Of a DNA stretch of 25,276 bases, positions 1 to 8,063 are shown in pieces (the stretch's first letter is position 1; each line of letters starts with the position of its first letter). The translations under genes and the position numbers were made by a program. The notes under the pieces are model-generated. The model was not told where the DNA came from and did not search any database. It saw only the letters and a program-made list of their open reading frames with translations. The stretch is from a virus (taxonomy: Duplodnaviria > Heunggongvirae > Uroviricota > Caudoviricetes), in the IMG/VR virus record IMGVR_UViG_3300031993_006620. One strand, 5' to 3'.

Positions 1-147
1 CTTGGTGACCTCGAGCGTCGGGTAGGACGGCGTCTCGGCGGCCTCGACTGTCTTCTCGGCGGTCTCGACTGTCTTCTTGGAGGTCTTCTTCGTCGCAACC
101 TTCTTCGTTGCGGCAGTGGTTCCGGTGGTTTTCTTGGTAGTAGCCAT
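1..147 (-). CDS. 5' part of a protein with a Lys/Thr/Ala-rich, histone-tail-like N-terminus (runs off window)
   Basis: ATG at 147 behind element copy 1 and AAAGGAG RBS; MATTKKTTGTTAATKKVATKKTSKKTVETAEKTVEAAETPSYPTLEVTK, open to position 1. Confidence 0.8.
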   Translation of the reverse strand, partial: MATTKKTTGTTAATKKVATKKTSKKTVETAEKTVEAAETPSYPTLEVTK

Positions 148-164
148 GTTATCTCCTTTGGTTG

Positions 165-198
165 ATGTAGTACGGATGCCGGTTCAGGGGAGCCCCGG
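165..198 (-). promoter_or_regulatory. Repeated promoter-like element, copy 1
   Basis: CCGGGGCTCC-CCTGAACCGG-CAT-CCGTA-CTACAT. Confidence 0.8.
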
Positions 199-199
199 T

Positions 200-337
200 C
201 TAGAACATGCCGTAGCATTCCATACAGCAATGACCTTCGCTGTCGGTGCTTATGGTGGTGCCGCCGCAGTAGGGGCACTTGAGTTCGTCGGGTTTCTTCT
301 TGGTCGCCTTTTTGGGCTTGTCGTTTTTGGTCGCCAT
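200..337 (-). CDS. 45-aa basic zinc-ribbon protein (CPYC...CMEC)
   Basis: ATG 337 with AAAGGAG RBS behind copy 2; MATKNDKPKKATKKKPDELKCPYCGGTTISTDSEGHCCMECYGMF; the longer 200..673 ORF overlaps the next gene. Confidence 0.8.
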   Translation of the reverse strand: MATKNDKPKKATKKKPDELKCPYCGGTTISTDSEGHCCMECYGMF

Positions 338-354
338 GTCGGTTCTCCTTTGTT

Positions 355-388
355 GTATAGAGAGGATGGGCTCCCGGAGGAGCCCCGG
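355..388 (-). promoter_or_regulatory. Element copy 2
   Basis: CCGGGGCTCC-TCCGGGAGCC-CAT-CCTCT-CTATAC. Confidence 0.85.
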
Positions 389-390
389 CG

Positions 391-1005
391 TCACATCGGG
401 ATCACGTAGGTGTCCTTCGTGTCCGTGTCGGTCACCCTGACCTCGTTCACTTTGTAGCACGGGTCGCCCAGGCCGAAACGGAAAATATTCCCGAGCTTTG
501 CCATTATGTCGAAGTCGGTGTCGCGGTCGCGGTTGAAAAACCTTCCATGGCTGCAGACTTCGATGGTGCTGGCCATAGCGCTCACGACGAGCCTGTCGTT
601 TCCTTCCGAGACGGCCTTCTTGACCGTCTTGAACACGGCCAGCATCTTCGCCAGCGGCGTCGTCGTCTTGCACTTCACCTTCTTCGTGAACGGCTTGTAG
701 TAGTTCTCGACCTTGACGAGGAGCCGGACGTTGGAACCGCCGGACGTGGACAACTCGGACCGGCAGGAACGGCCTACCAGTTCCTTCCAGCGCGTGTCGA
801 TGTGGGCATGCGCCCTAAGTACGTTCTTGCGGATGTAGCCGTCGGCCGTCTTCGCCAACTTCTGGTCGAGCTGGACCACCACGACTCCGTTCTTGTAGAG
901 CGGGGTGGCGACAGGGTCGGCAGGCCCGTACTTCTTCACGAAGTCGAGCTGCAGTACCTTCTTCCCCAATTCGTTGAGGAGGTTGACATGTGCATCGGTA
1001 ATCAT
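391..1005 (-). CDS. Hypothetical protein, 204 aa
   Basis: ORF with AAGGAG 8 nt upstream, behind copy 3. Confidence 0.85.
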   Translation of the reverse strand: MITDAHVNLLNELGKKVLQLDFVKKYGPADPVATPLYKNGVVVVQLDQKLAKTADGYIRKNVLRAHAHIDTRWKELVGRSCRSELSTSGGSNVRLLVKVENYYKPFTKKVKCKTTTPLAKMLAVFKTVKKAVSEGNDRLVVSAMASTIEVCSHGRFFNRDRDTDFDIMAKLGNIFRFGLGDPCYKVNEVRVTDTDTKDTYVIPM

Positions 1006-1024
1006 TTTTCATTCTCCTTGGTTG

Positions 1025-1058
1025 GTACAGGATGGATGGGCTCCCGGAGGAACCCCGG
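1025..1058 (-). promoter_or_regulatory. Element copy 3
   Basis: CCGGGGTTCC-TCCGGGAGCC-CAT-CCATC-CTGTAC. Confidence 0.85.
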
Positions 1059-1060
1059 CA

Positions 1061-1453
1061 CTACACCTCGGACACCCGGTACACCTCGACGCAGTCCTCC
1101 TTGCCCGCAATGCAGATGTACAGGGCGGCGTTCCTGGTGTTGTTGGCTACGTAGTTGGCCACGTTGGAGGCGTAACGCACGAAATTCGCCATGCGCTCGT
1201 CGAAGGAGGCGGAAGGGTTGACGCAGGTCGGAATCCTCGCGAACTCTGCGGCCGGCTCCGTCTTGTAGCGGAACTTCGAGAAGTCGACGCTCGCCAGCAG
1301 CTTCATGGACTCCACGAGGGAGTCTCTGATGGTGTTCTGGTCCTTGTTGACCCCGCTTTCCACGGCGACGACCATCGGGGTGCATACTTCGAGCCGTTCG
1401 TTGTCCGACGCTCGCTGGTCGGTGCAGATTCTGGATGCGATAAGAATTTTCAT
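1061..1453 (-). CDS. Hypothetical protein, 130 aa
   Basis: ORF with GAGAGGA RBS; last gene of the 4-gene unit behind copy 4. Confidence 0.8.
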   Translation of the reverse strand: MKILIASRICTDQRASDNERLEVCTPMVVAVESGVNKDQNTIRDSLVESMKLLASVDFSKFRYKTEPAAEFARIPTCVNPSASFDERMANFVRYASNVANYVANNTRNAALYICIAGKEDCVEVYRVSEV

Positions 1454-1471
1454 TTTGTCCTCTCGGTTGGC

Positions 1472-1666
1472 TTACGATCGATCGTCGTTCCGGCGAAGCC
1501 CGGCCAGCCAGCGGTAGTGCGGGCGGTTGAACCACCCGTCGAAGTTGTGCGGGTATTCGTAGACGAGCCGGAGCCCGAAGGACTTGGCCACGCTGGCCAG
1601 ACGGGCGTCGAACATCCCGACCGATTCCCGTTTGGTCGGGACTATGAATTTCCGGCGCTTCTTCAT
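1472..1666 (-). CDS. Hypothetical basic protein, 64 aa
   Basis: Start re-assigned to ATG 1666, giving an ATGA overlap with the upstream stop; MKKRRKFIVPTKRES... Confidence 0.65.
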   Translation of the reverse strand: MKKRRKFIVPTKRESVGMFDARLASVAKSFGLRLVYEYPHNFDGWFNRPHYRWLAGLRRNDDRS

Positions 1667-1926
1667 GCTCTCGTGTCCATCGAAGCCCCGAGCCATATAG
1701 TTCGTATAAGCGCGGGAATGATAAGCAAGATATCGCACGTACGTGCGAAAATTTCCGTGTCCACCATGCCGACGCTGAGAATGAGGCCTGCGAAGGCGTA
1801 AAAGTCAATCACGAACAGGAGCATGCGGGCGGTCACGTTCCAGCGGATGGCTCGTCCCAGCAGCTCGACGGCGACGGGGAGCGCATAGGCGAGCACGAAC
1901 AGGACGAGTTCGATGTTTATTTTCAT
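1663..1926 (-). CDS. Small membrane protein, 87 aa, 2-3 hydrophobic segments
   Basis: MKINIELVLFVLAYALPVAVELLG...LLFVIDFYAFAGLILSVGMV...; start 2 nt after upstream stop, AAGGGG RBS. Confidence 0.75.
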   Translation of the reverse strand: MKINIELVLFVLAYALPVAVELLGRAIRWNVTARMLLFVIDFYAFAGLILSVGMVDTEIFARTCDILLIIPALIRTIWLGASMDTRA

Positions 1927-1928
1927 GG

Positions 1929-2246
1929 CTACCCCTTCTTCCAACAGTGTACCTTGTTGGACGAGTACGGGTGGAACGTGCCGTAGTTGCAGATGTAGAT
2001 GCCCTGCGGGTCACGGTCGACACGGTCGGACAGCTTGACCGTGCGGTGGGGTTCTTCCGGGTCGAGGGATGCGGCGACCATGTTGCCGTGGTCGTAGCGG
2101 ATTTCCATGAGCTCGTCGTTCGGGGTGTCGATGTGCTCCTTACCCATCGGGTCGATGTAGGGGAAGCTCACGAGGTCGCCCACGAGGATTGGCTTGCCGT
2201 CGAGGTCGACGAGGCCGGTGTCGGTGCCCTTGCTGATAGTGTTCAT
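1929..2246 (-). CDS. YopX-like phage protein, 105 aa
   Basis: TGLVDLDGKPILVGDLV matches the YopX motif TGLKDKNGKEIYEGDIV; RBS behind copy 4. Confidence 0.55.
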   Translation of the reverse strand: MNTISKGTDTGLVDLDGKPILVGDLVSFPYIDPMGKEHIDTPNDELMEIRYDHGNMVAASLDPEEPHRTVKLSDRVDRDPQGIYICNYGTFHPYSSNKVHCWKKG

Positions 2247-2265
2247 GTTAACTCCTTTTCGGTTG

Positions 2266-2299
2266 GTATAGTGGTGATGGGCCCCCCGGGGAGCCCCGG
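2266..2299 (-). promoter_or_regulatory. Element copy 4
   Basis: CCGGGGCTCC-CCGGGGGGCC-CAT-CACCA-CTATAC. Confidence 0.85.
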
Positions 2300-2303
2300 A
2301 CGA

Positions 2304-2411
2304 CTACTTTTCCTTCTTTGCTTTTTCTTCGTTGACAGGAACGTCGTTCTTGACCTTGAGGGTCTTCCCGTCGGCCACCATGAGCGGTGCACTGTAGGTC
2401 TTGGTTTCCAT
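2304..2411 (-). CDS. 35-aa small protein (not in ORF track)
   Basis: METKTYSAPLMVADGKTLKVKNDVPVNEEKAKRKK*; AAAGGAG RBS; fills the space between copies 5 and 4. Confidence 0.8.
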   Translation of the reverse strand: METKTYSAPLMVADGKTLKVKNDVPVNEEKAKKEK

Positions 2412-2431
2412 TGGTTGTCTCCTTTCGGTTG

Positions 2432-2465
2432 GTATAGTACGGATGGGGCTCCGGAGGAGCCCCGG
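2432..2465 (-). promoter_or_regulatory. Element copy 5
   Basis: CCGGGGCTCC-TCCGGAGCCC-CAT-CCGTA-CTATAC; directly abuts the upstream TAG. Confidence 0.85.
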
Positions 2466-2744
2466 CTATTCGACGTGAGTGCAGTACACCGTGTACTTGT
2501 CGCCGGGTTGCAGGCAGGCGTTTACCTTGACCGTGAGGACGAGCTTCCACTCCCCGTCTACCTTGGCGAAAATGTTGTACTGGGGCGGATGCTCGAGGTC
2601 GAGGAAAACCCGCTGGCACACGGTCTTTCGGCCGAACACTTCTCTGGCGACGTTGCCCACCTCGCACTCTATGTCGAGCTCGTCGACGGGCGTGCCGGTG
2701 GCCAGGGCAGTGTTGAGCTTGGATACGATGTTGATGTGTTCCAT
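2466..2744 (-). CDS. Hypothetical protein, 92 aa
   Basis: Start re-assigned to MEHINIV (AAGGAGTTAACA-ATG). Confidence 0.8.
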   Translation of the reverse strand: MEHINIVSKLNTALATGTPVDELDIECEVGNVAREVFGRKTVCQRVFLDLEHPPQYNIFAKVDGEWKLVLTVKVNACLQPGDKYTVYCTHVE

Positions 2745-2760
2745 TGTTAACTCCTTGTTG

Positions 2761-2794
2761 ACATAGTGTAGATAAGGTGTGTGGGTAACCCCGG
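2761..2794 (-). promoter_or_regulatory. Element copy 6 (degenerate)
   Basis: CCGGGGTTAC-CCACACACCT-TAT-CTACA-CTATGT; same spacing; abuts upstream TGA. Confidence 0.7.
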
Positions 2795-3052
2795 TCAGAA
2801 ACCGAGGGTTATCCACTTCCCGTATTTACCCGTTTCGGCCTTCAGCGGGGGCGTGCCTGTGGGCCCGCCGAACTTATGCAACGCATAGCTGCCCCCGCAG
2901 TTGTCGTCGACGTCAATCATGGCGTCGCCGTCACCGCGCTCCCTGAGCTCGCCGAGCGCCTCCCAGAGCTCGTCCACCGTCATGGTGGACCTCTCGTATT
3001 GCTCCCTGCGACGCGTGTCCTTCTCCTCTTCTGTCATTTCCGTAGTTGCCAT
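2795..3052 (-). CDS. Hypothetical acidic protein, 85 aa
   Basis: Start re-assigned to MATTEMT (AAAGGAGCTTAC-ATG). Confidence 0.8.
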   Translation of the reverse strand: MATTEMTEEEKDTRRREQYERSTMTVDELWEALGELRERGDGDAMIDVDDNCGGSYALHKFGGPTGTPPLKAETGKYGKWITLGF

Positions 3053-3069
3053 GTAAGCTCCTTTTCTCT

Positions 3070-3103
3070 TCATATAAAATATAGCACGCCGGAGGAGCCC
3101 CGG
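3070..3103 (-). promoter_or_regulatory. Element copy 7
   Basis: CCGGGGCTCC-TCCGGCGTGC-TAT-ATTTT-ATATGA; upstream box at 3112-3119. Confidence 0.8.
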
Positions 3104-3140
3104 ATACTGTCCGGCAGTGGCAATGCTCCCGCAATGCGGG

Positions 3141-3161
3141 AAAGCCGCCCCGTGGGGCGGC
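3141..3161 (-). terminator. Putative intrinsic terminator
   Basis: GCCGCCC-CACG-GGGCGGC followed by TTT on minus strand, 11 nt after the 3173 stop. Confidence 0.55.
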
Positions 3162-3172
3162 GCCGATCGATC

Positions 3173-3730
3173 TTACTTCTTCATATTGTCCTCCATGAAA
3201 AGGTCTAACGACAGCCTGAAATTTACAGGGATGCCGTCGAAGTGGAAAGAACGCCTCTTGGTGCAACGCGGAGAGGCGCCCCAGTAGATAAATTCTTCGC
3301 CCGCCTTGAACTTGTACGGCCCCGCCTCGAAATCATGCTTGACGGGGTAACGCTGGCCCACCACCAGGGTGTCGGCGAAGGCCTTGATGCGGTCCGCCTC
3401 CGCCTTCGCCTTGTCGCACCGGTCGAGCCATTCCTTGAGGTATCCGTCGGGGGTGAGGCCTCGGGCCTCGTATTCCTTCTTAATCCAGCGGGCAACGCCT
3501 TGGTTCAGCTCGTTCGGGCCAGCGCTCGCACTTACGGCTTTATACAATACAAAGCCTTCGTACTTGTGCATGAGAAGAACCAGGGCGCACGGAGTGTTGG
3601 ACTCCTTCCGGATGTACTTAATCCACGAACCGGTGATGCCGACCAGTTCGACCTTGTTCGGGTCGAGCCCCTTGGCATATTCCTTGATTTGTTCCTTTGT
3701 CGTGCGGATGTAGTCGCAGCTCCAGCCCAT
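3173..3730 (-). CDS. Hypothetical protein, 185 aa, possibly DUF6927-like
   Basis: MGW start and LYKAVSASAGP...EWLDRC pattern recall DUF6927; not verified. Confidence 0.6.
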   Translation of the reverse strand: MGWSCDYIRTTKEQIKEYAKGLDPNKVELVGITGSWIKYIRKESNTPCALVLLMHKYEGFVLYKAVSASAGPNELNQGVARWIKKEYEARGLTPDGYLKEWLDRCDKAKAEADRIKAFADTLVVGQRYPVKHDFEAGPYKFKAGEEFIYWGASPRCTKRRSFHFDGIPVNFRLSLDLFMEDNMKK

Positions 3731-3766
3731 TGTTAACTCCTTGTTGGTGGTGATGGTTGTTTCCTT

Positions 3767-3800
3767 GTATAGGAAAAATTGCCGGTCCGGGGAGGCCCGG
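3767..3800 (-). promoter_or_regulatory. Element copy 8
   Basis: CCGGGCCTCC-CCGGACCGGC-AAT-TTTTC-CTATAC. Confidence 0.8.
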
Positions 3801-3818
3801 TCCGGCGGGCTTGAACAT

Positions 3819-4244
3819 TTACCACTCTGCGGTGTCGTCGTTGGGGATTCGGTGGTGGGTGCTGTGGAACACGCCGCAGTACAGGCCGTCGTCGGACACG
3901 AGCACGGCGGCCGAACTGAGGAGCCCGTAGGTCTTCACCACTTCGTCGTGCTCGAGCTTCTGAAGGTCGCGGACGTCGCTCATGGTGCCGACGGCGCCCC
4001 ATTCGCATTCGTTGTTTTCGTCGCAGAAGACGACCTCGCCGTTCAGCTCGACCTTTACGATGTTATCCTTGCTGAGGTCGGCCTGCATGCGGCTCCAGAT
4101 TTCCTCGGACGCCTTGGTTACGGGGTCTTTGCCGTCCTCGTCAGAGTAGAGGCGGCAGCCGAACTCGGGGTTCTCGGTTCTGCATTCGGTAGAGTCGTTG
4201 CTGGTGAGGACGACGTATTTCGTGGGTTCTTTCTTTTCTTCCAT
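3819..4244 (-). CDS. Hypothetical acidic protein, 141 aa
   Basis: ORF with AAGGAG RBS behind copy 9. Confidence 0.85.
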   Translation of the reverse strand: MEEKKEPTKYVVLTSNDSTECRTENPEFGCRLYSDEDGKDPVTKASEEIWSRMQADLSKDNIVKVELNGEVVFCDENNECEWGAVGTMSDVRDLQKLEHDEVVKTYGLLSSAAVLVSDDGLYCGVFHSTHHRIPNDDTAEW

Positions 4245-4264
4245 TTTAAACTCCTTTTTCCGTT

Positions 4265-4298
4265 GTATAGAAAAAATGACCCGGCCGAGGAGCCCCGG
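4265..4298 (-). promoter_or_regulatory. Element copy 9
   Basis: CCGGGGCTCC-TCGGCCGGGT-CAT-TTTTT-CTATAC. Confidence 0.85.
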
Positions 4299-4322
4299 CC
4301 GGGCAGAGCCATTTCCACCGGG

Positions 4323-5132
4323 CTAGATGGCCTCAAGAGCGGAGATAATTTCTTCAAGCTGCTCCTTCTTGAATGTCCACGTCCAAGAAGAGTAGCCGGA
4401 GCCATCCATGTATTCGGGAGTCTTGTTCCATGTTTTGGAGAGGGACTGGCGGACGGTTTCGGGCATCAGCTGGTCAGCGCGGATTTTCAGGTCGTCGGAC
4501 CACTTTTCGCTTCCCATATGCGTCAAGGGAGTGTTGCAGCCGAGGTCGACGGAACAATCATCGGTCACCCAGTAGAAGGCAAAAATTGCCTCCTTGGATT
4601 TGATGGTGTCGCTCCACTGGAAACTTTTTTCGTTGCCATCAAAATCAAAATTCAACTTTTTGTTCAGCTTGTTCAGGCAATTGTTCAGGCGCTCCGTGTC
4701 GACCGTGTTGAAGAGGATGCGCAGCTTGACGCCGTTCGTATCGTAGATGTGCCCCTCCTTGGTGATGTACACCTTCATCCCGTAGAACGAGGCGGTCGCC
4801 ACGTACCTGCCGTCGTCGCAGGGCTTGATGCTGCCCGTGTCGACGAGGTTCATCACGACGGGGGGCATGATGGCCACCACGTCGGAGAAGCTGCGCATGG
4901 CGACGACGTCGATGAACTTCACGGGTGCCACAGTGTGGGTCTTCGCCTCGATGACGGTCGTGGAGATGCTGCCGTCACGGTTGCGTTCGACGCTCTGGAA
5001 CCAGGTCGTGGAAATCAGCTTGCCGTCCTTGTCCATGAGGTTCCACTTGGTGTCCTTGTCCTTGCCGACCTTGATGTAGTCCGTGTCGAAGGGGAGGATG
5101 GTGGTGATGCCGGTAAGTGCCGTCTTTTTCAT
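4323..5132 (-). CDS. Hypothetical protein, 269 aa, with one WG-repeat-like motif near the N-terminus
   Basis: YIKVGKDKDTKWNLMDKDGKLISTTWFQSV resembles the WG beta-repeat pattern; RBS behind copy 10. Confidence 0.7.
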   Translation of the reverse strand: MKKTALTGITTILPFDTDYIKVGKDKDTKWNLMDKDGKLISTTWFQSVERNRDGSISTTVIEAKTHTVAPVKFIDVVAMRSFSDVVAIMPPVVMNLVDTGSIKPCDDGRYVATASFYGMKVYITKEGHIYDTNGVKLRILFNTVDTERLNNCLNKLNKKLNFDFDGNEKSFQWSDTIKSKEAIFAFYWVTDDCSVDLGCNTPLTHMGSEKWSDDLKIRADQLMPETVRQSLSKTWNKTPEYMDGSGYSSWTWTFKKEQLEEIISALEAI

Positions 5133-5164
5133 TGGTTAACTCCTTTGTGGTTGGTTGTTTCGTT

Positions 5165-5198
5165 GTATAGTACGGATGGTCGCCCGGAGGAGCCCCGG
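5165..5198 (-). promoter_or_regulatory. Element copy 10
   Basis: CCGGGGCTCC-TCCGGGCGAC-CAT-CCGTA-CTATAC; upstream box CACTGTCG at 5207-5214. Confidence 0.85.
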
Positions 5199-5234
5199 AC
5201 GGTTGCCGACAGTGTCAACACCATCGATCGAGGG

Positions 5235-5253
5235 AAAGGGGGCCTGAGCCCCC
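5235..5253 (-). terminator. Putative intrinsic terminator
   Basis: GGGGGC-TCAG-GCCCCC-TTT just after the 5259 stop. Confidence 0.6.
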
Positions 5254-5258
5254 CGATA

Positions 5259-5738
5259 TTAGTCGAAGGAGGCGTGCTCCATCGGGTCGTAGTCACGGGC
5301 GTCATAGCTCACACAGAAAACTCCCAGGGCGTAGAGCGTGGAACCCTTCAGCGGGGTCTTGGGGCGGGTCTTGTAGTCCTTGGTTTCCTCCACCTCGCGG
5401 ATGTGGTGGTTAACGACCTTGCGGACCCTGCGGACGGCACGCCACCCCTTGATACCGAGCAACACGGCGTGACACTTGTACTGCGGGATGAGTTCCATGA
5501 ATTGGTCGGGGGCGTCCTTGCCCATTGCGATGGCGCCGTCACGGTAAGTCTTGTCGTACTTGGACAGGGCGGCCTTGGAAATCGCGCCGTCATTCAGGAT
5601 GCGCACCTCGGGGTAGTCGGTGCAGCCGTCCCGCTTTGCGGGAGTTTGCTGACGCCACCAGGTGGAAAGGTCGGACTGTGCGTAGCCGGGTCGGAAACGG
5701 ACGGTGTGCTGCTCGTGATAGCAAATGTAGTGTCCCAT
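5259..5738 (-). CDS. Hypothetical protein, 159 aa
   Basis: ORF with AAAGGAG RBS behind copy 11. Confidence 0.85.
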   Translation of the reverse strand: MGHYICYHEQHTVRFRPGYAQSDLSTWWRQQTPAKRDGCTDYPEVRILNDGAISKAALSKYDKTYRDGAIAMGKDAPDQFMELIPQYKCHAVLLGIKGWRAVRRVRKVVNHHIREVEETKDYKTRPKTPLKGSTLYALGVFCVSYDARDYDPMEHASFD

Positions 5739-5767
5739 GTTTTAACTCCTTTGTGGTTGGGTTCCTT

Positions 5768-5801
5768 GTACAGGAAATATCGGGGCTCCGGGGAGCCCCG
5801 G
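5768..5801 (-). promoter_or_regulatory. Element copy 11
   Basis: CCGGGGCTCC-CCGGAGCCCC-GAT-ATTTC-CTGTAC. Confidence 0.85.
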
Positions 5802-5808
5802 TCCGGGG

Positions 5809-6372
5809 TCATTCCACCCAGTCCTTGACGGCGTCCCATCCCGTCTTTCCAGCGTGGTTCACTGGCAGGTCAAGCGTGTACCCCACGAGCGAGACGGCGC
5901 AGGGGGCGACAACGTCTCCGGCGAACTGAACAAGTTCTTGCACACGGGGGTCGTCCACGCCGGTGATTCCCTCCAGCTTCTCGCAACGGCCGATGGAGAT
6001 GTCGAAGCACTCCCTGCCGTAAGCCACGCCGAACCCGTACCGCCAGCACTCGTATTCGTCCACGTCCTTGGGGTCGATGCCGCACGAGTCGGCGACGCGC
6101 TTCTTGGCCTTGGGCCCGAGCCTCGACGCGTCGGGGACCATGCACAAGTGGATTCCGTAGTCGCCTGGCTTGGTGTCGCCGGACGGGACCGCCATCTCGT
6201 CGAGCACCCACACGGCGAGCTTCACGCCGCACTTGCGGCCGTCGCCGAGCTCGATATCGCCCGACAGCTTGCTCACGTAGAGCCATTCGTCGCCGCCCGT
6301 GTCGAAGCGCACCAGCGTCTCGTCAATCGGTTTCAGAGTTTTTCGTTTGGTCTTGATGCCGAAATGTTTCAT
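5809..6372 (-). CDS. Hypothetical protein, 187 aa
   Basis: Start re-assigned to MKHFGIK (AAAGGAGGTAAAC-ATG). Confidence 0.85.
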   Translation of the reverse strand: MKHFGIKTKRKTLKPIDETLVRFDTGGDEWLYVSKLSGDIELGDGRKCGVKLAVWVLDEMAVPSGDTKPGDYGIHLCMVPDASRLGPKAKKRVADSCGIDPKDVDEYECWRYGFGVAYGRECFDISIGRCEKLEGITGVDDPRVQELVQFAGDVVAPCAVSLVGYTLDLPVNHAGKTGWDAVKDWVE

Positions 6373-6388
6373 GTTTACCTCCTTTCTG

Positions 6389-6422
6389 ATGTAGGGTCGA
6401 TGGACGGGCAAAGGAGCCCCGG
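6389..6422 (-). promoter_or_regulatory. Element copy 12
   Basis: CCGGGGCTCC-TTTGCCCGTC-CAT-CGACC-CTACAT. Confidence 0.8.
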
Positions 6423-6515
6423 CGACGGCTGGGTAGTCGCCGCCCGGAGCTCCCCAAGGAACAACCCCCAGAAGGGGGATACGGAGTTAAGAAAATTATG
6501 CCACGGGCGATCGAT

Positions 6516-6950
6516 CTAGTAGCGGTCGCCACGTGCGATACGCCTGATAAGGTCGAGCGCCTCCCATAGGGCACGTGTTTGGTGAGCCGTGCCTAGGCAG
6601 TACGTGCGCAGGCAGGCCTTCTGGCGCTTCGTCAACAGGCGGTTGGCTATGTCCTCGTTGGACACGAGGAACACGGCGCCTTCCGAGCACTCACTGACGA
6701 CCGTCTTCGCCTCGGGTGACCGGTCGGACCACTTGTACTTCTCGGCGTTGTTGTGTTGCATGGCGTGGCGCAGGGTGAGCTGCTCGTAGTCGGTGAACTG
6801 GTCGGCGGTTGCTGCGCCCTTCACGCCGTCGGCCTGGTACAGGTTCACCACTCGCTCCAGCAGGTCGATGGCGTAGGCCTTGACGCCTTTGTCCCATTTG
6901 CTGCGCCGATTCAAGTGCTTGACGGCGTTCAGAATCTCGAAAACTTTCAT
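6516..6950 (-). CDS. Hypothetical phage protein, 144 aa
   Basis: Start re-assigned to MKVFEIL; pattern SKWDKGVKAYAIDLL...NEDIANRLLT...QTRALWEA recalls an unnamed phage family (from memory). Confidence 0.8.
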   Translation of the reverse strand: MKVFEILNAVKHLNRRSKWDKGVKAYAIDLLERVVNLYQADGVKGAATADQFTDYEQLTLRHAMQHNNAEKYKWSDRSPEAKTVVSECSEGAVFLVSNEDIANRLLTKRQKACLRTYCLGTAHQTRALWEALDLIRRIARGDRY

Positions 6951-6974
6951 GTTTGGCTCCTTTGTTGTTTCCTT

Positions 6975-7008
6975 GTATAGGATGGATGGACGGCCGGAGG
7001 AGCCCCGG
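6975..7008 (-). promoter_or_regulatory. Element copy 13
   Basis: CCGGGGCTCC-TCCGGCCGTC-CAT-CCATC-CTATAC. Confidence 0.85.
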
Positions 7009-7024
7009 ACCGTCCGGGGAATTG

Positions 7025-7507
7025 TTACACCTCCTCGAAGCTGCACTCCTCGACGTAGGCCGCTCCCTTCGACTTCGCGTCGGGTGCGAATAGATCGATC
7101 TGCTCGAACTTCACGCGGGCCTCCGCCTCGCTCACCGCGTCGATGTAGATTTCGGCGCGGAAAGTAATGCGGAACCGTTTGCCGTCGGGGTGGCCGTGCA
7201 GGCCGTCGACGACCTCGCCTCCCAGCAGTTCGGCCAGTTGTTCGGCCTTCTCGTCGTCGGGGAGCGATACATGTAAAAATGTCAGGACGTTCTCGCAACG
7301 GTCATAGGTAAGATGTTCCGTCGTCTTTATGGTGTATTCGGGGTCAATGCCGACCGCCTTCGCCGAGTCGAAAATTTCCGGGTCGTTGTCGTCCGGGTAG
7401 ATGCCCGCCAGGAACTTCTCGACCTTGGCGCGTGTCTCGCCGGACGGGACAAATTCCTCCGTGCGCAGGTCGTCCATGTCGAAACTTTCTTTTGTCTTCG
7501 TGTTCAT
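7025..7507 (-). CDS. Hypothetical acidic protein, 160 aa
   Basis: ORF with GAGGA RBS; C-terminal FRITFRAEIYIDAVSEAEARVKF weakly recalls DpnD/PcfM-type motifs. Confidence 0.8.
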   Translation of the reverse strand: MNTKTKESFDMDDLRTEEFVPSGETRAKVEKFLAGIYPDDNDPEIFDSAKAVGIDPEYTIKTTEHLTYDRCENVLTFLHVSLPDDEKAEQLAELLGGEVVDGLHGHPDGKRFRITFRAEIYIDAVSEAEARVKFEQIDLFAPDAKSKGAAYVEECSFEEV

Positions 7508-7524
7508 GTATTCCTCGTGTATGG

Positions 7525-7560
7525 AAAAAAGATAAAGAAGGGGCGGGCGAGCCCGCCCCT
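7525..7560 (-). terminator. Intrinsic terminator after the DUF2958 gene
   Basis: AGGGGCGGG-CTCG-CCCGCCCCT followed by TCTTTATCTTTTTT. Confidence 0.75.
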
Positions 7561-7580
7561 GTTTCGGAGTTAAGCAAACC

Positions 7581-7997
7581 TTACATCCATTCCTCGCCGT
7601 AGCGCTTGCGGAGCTCGCCGAGCGTTTCCTTCAACGGCGTGACCATGATGTCGCGTTCCAGGCCGAGGCCGAACGGGGGGAAGTGGATAGAGCTAATCTC
7701 CTTCAGGGAGAAGGGGCCGAGCTCGAGCCCGTGGCCGAGGGTGACCGCCCCGAAGACCGTCATGTTCGGTTCGATGTGGTCGGCATCGAGACTGGTGGGG
7801 ACAAGCAGGCCGGTCTTTTCGTCCAACTTGTAGTCCTTGAAGAAGCTGTCGTCCTCGAGGACGTACCACGTGCAGGCGCAACCTCCGAAGAAGCGGGCGA
7901 TGACCTTCTTGTCGTCGGGGGCGACCTTTTCCGTCGACCTGTACGGGGTCTTGGCGAGAGCGTCGATGATGGGCTTGGTGATGAGTTTCTGTGCCAT
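7581..7997 (-). CDS. DUF2958-family protein, 138 aa
   Basis: RFFGGCACTWYVLE...FGAVTLGHGLELGPFSLKEI...GLGLERD matches the DUF2958 pattern. Confidence 0.8.
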   Translation of the reverse strand: MAQKLITKPIIDALAKTPYRSTEKVAPDDKKVIARFFGGCACTWYVLEDDSFFKDYKLDEKTGLLVPTSLDADHIEPNMTVFGAVTLGHGLELGPFSLKEISSIHFPPFGLGLERDIMVTPLKETLGELRKRYGEEWM

Positions 7998-8025
7998 TTT
8001 GTTAACTCCTTTCTGTTGTTTCCTT

Positions 8026-8059
8026 GTATAGTAAAGATGGGGGGCCAGAGGAGCCCCGG
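8026..8059 (-). promoter_or_regulatory. Element copy 14
   Basis: CCGGGGCTCC-TCTGGCCCCC-CAT-CTTTA-CTATAC. Confidence 0.85.
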
Positions 8060-8063
8060 CATC

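Noticed and set aside
3741-5828. 695-aa plus-strand ORF and other long antisense or alternate-frame ORFs (e.g. 13428..14471, 15420..16397, 18058..19989, 19044..20030)
   Set aside because: Shadows of GC3-biased real genes; no RBS, they cross element and terminator sites, and the translations are low-complexity.
7519-7535. TATCTTTTTTCCATAC before the 7507 gene as a half element
   Set aside because: AT is two bases out of register and the CCGGGG box is absent; it overlaps the terminator U-tract.
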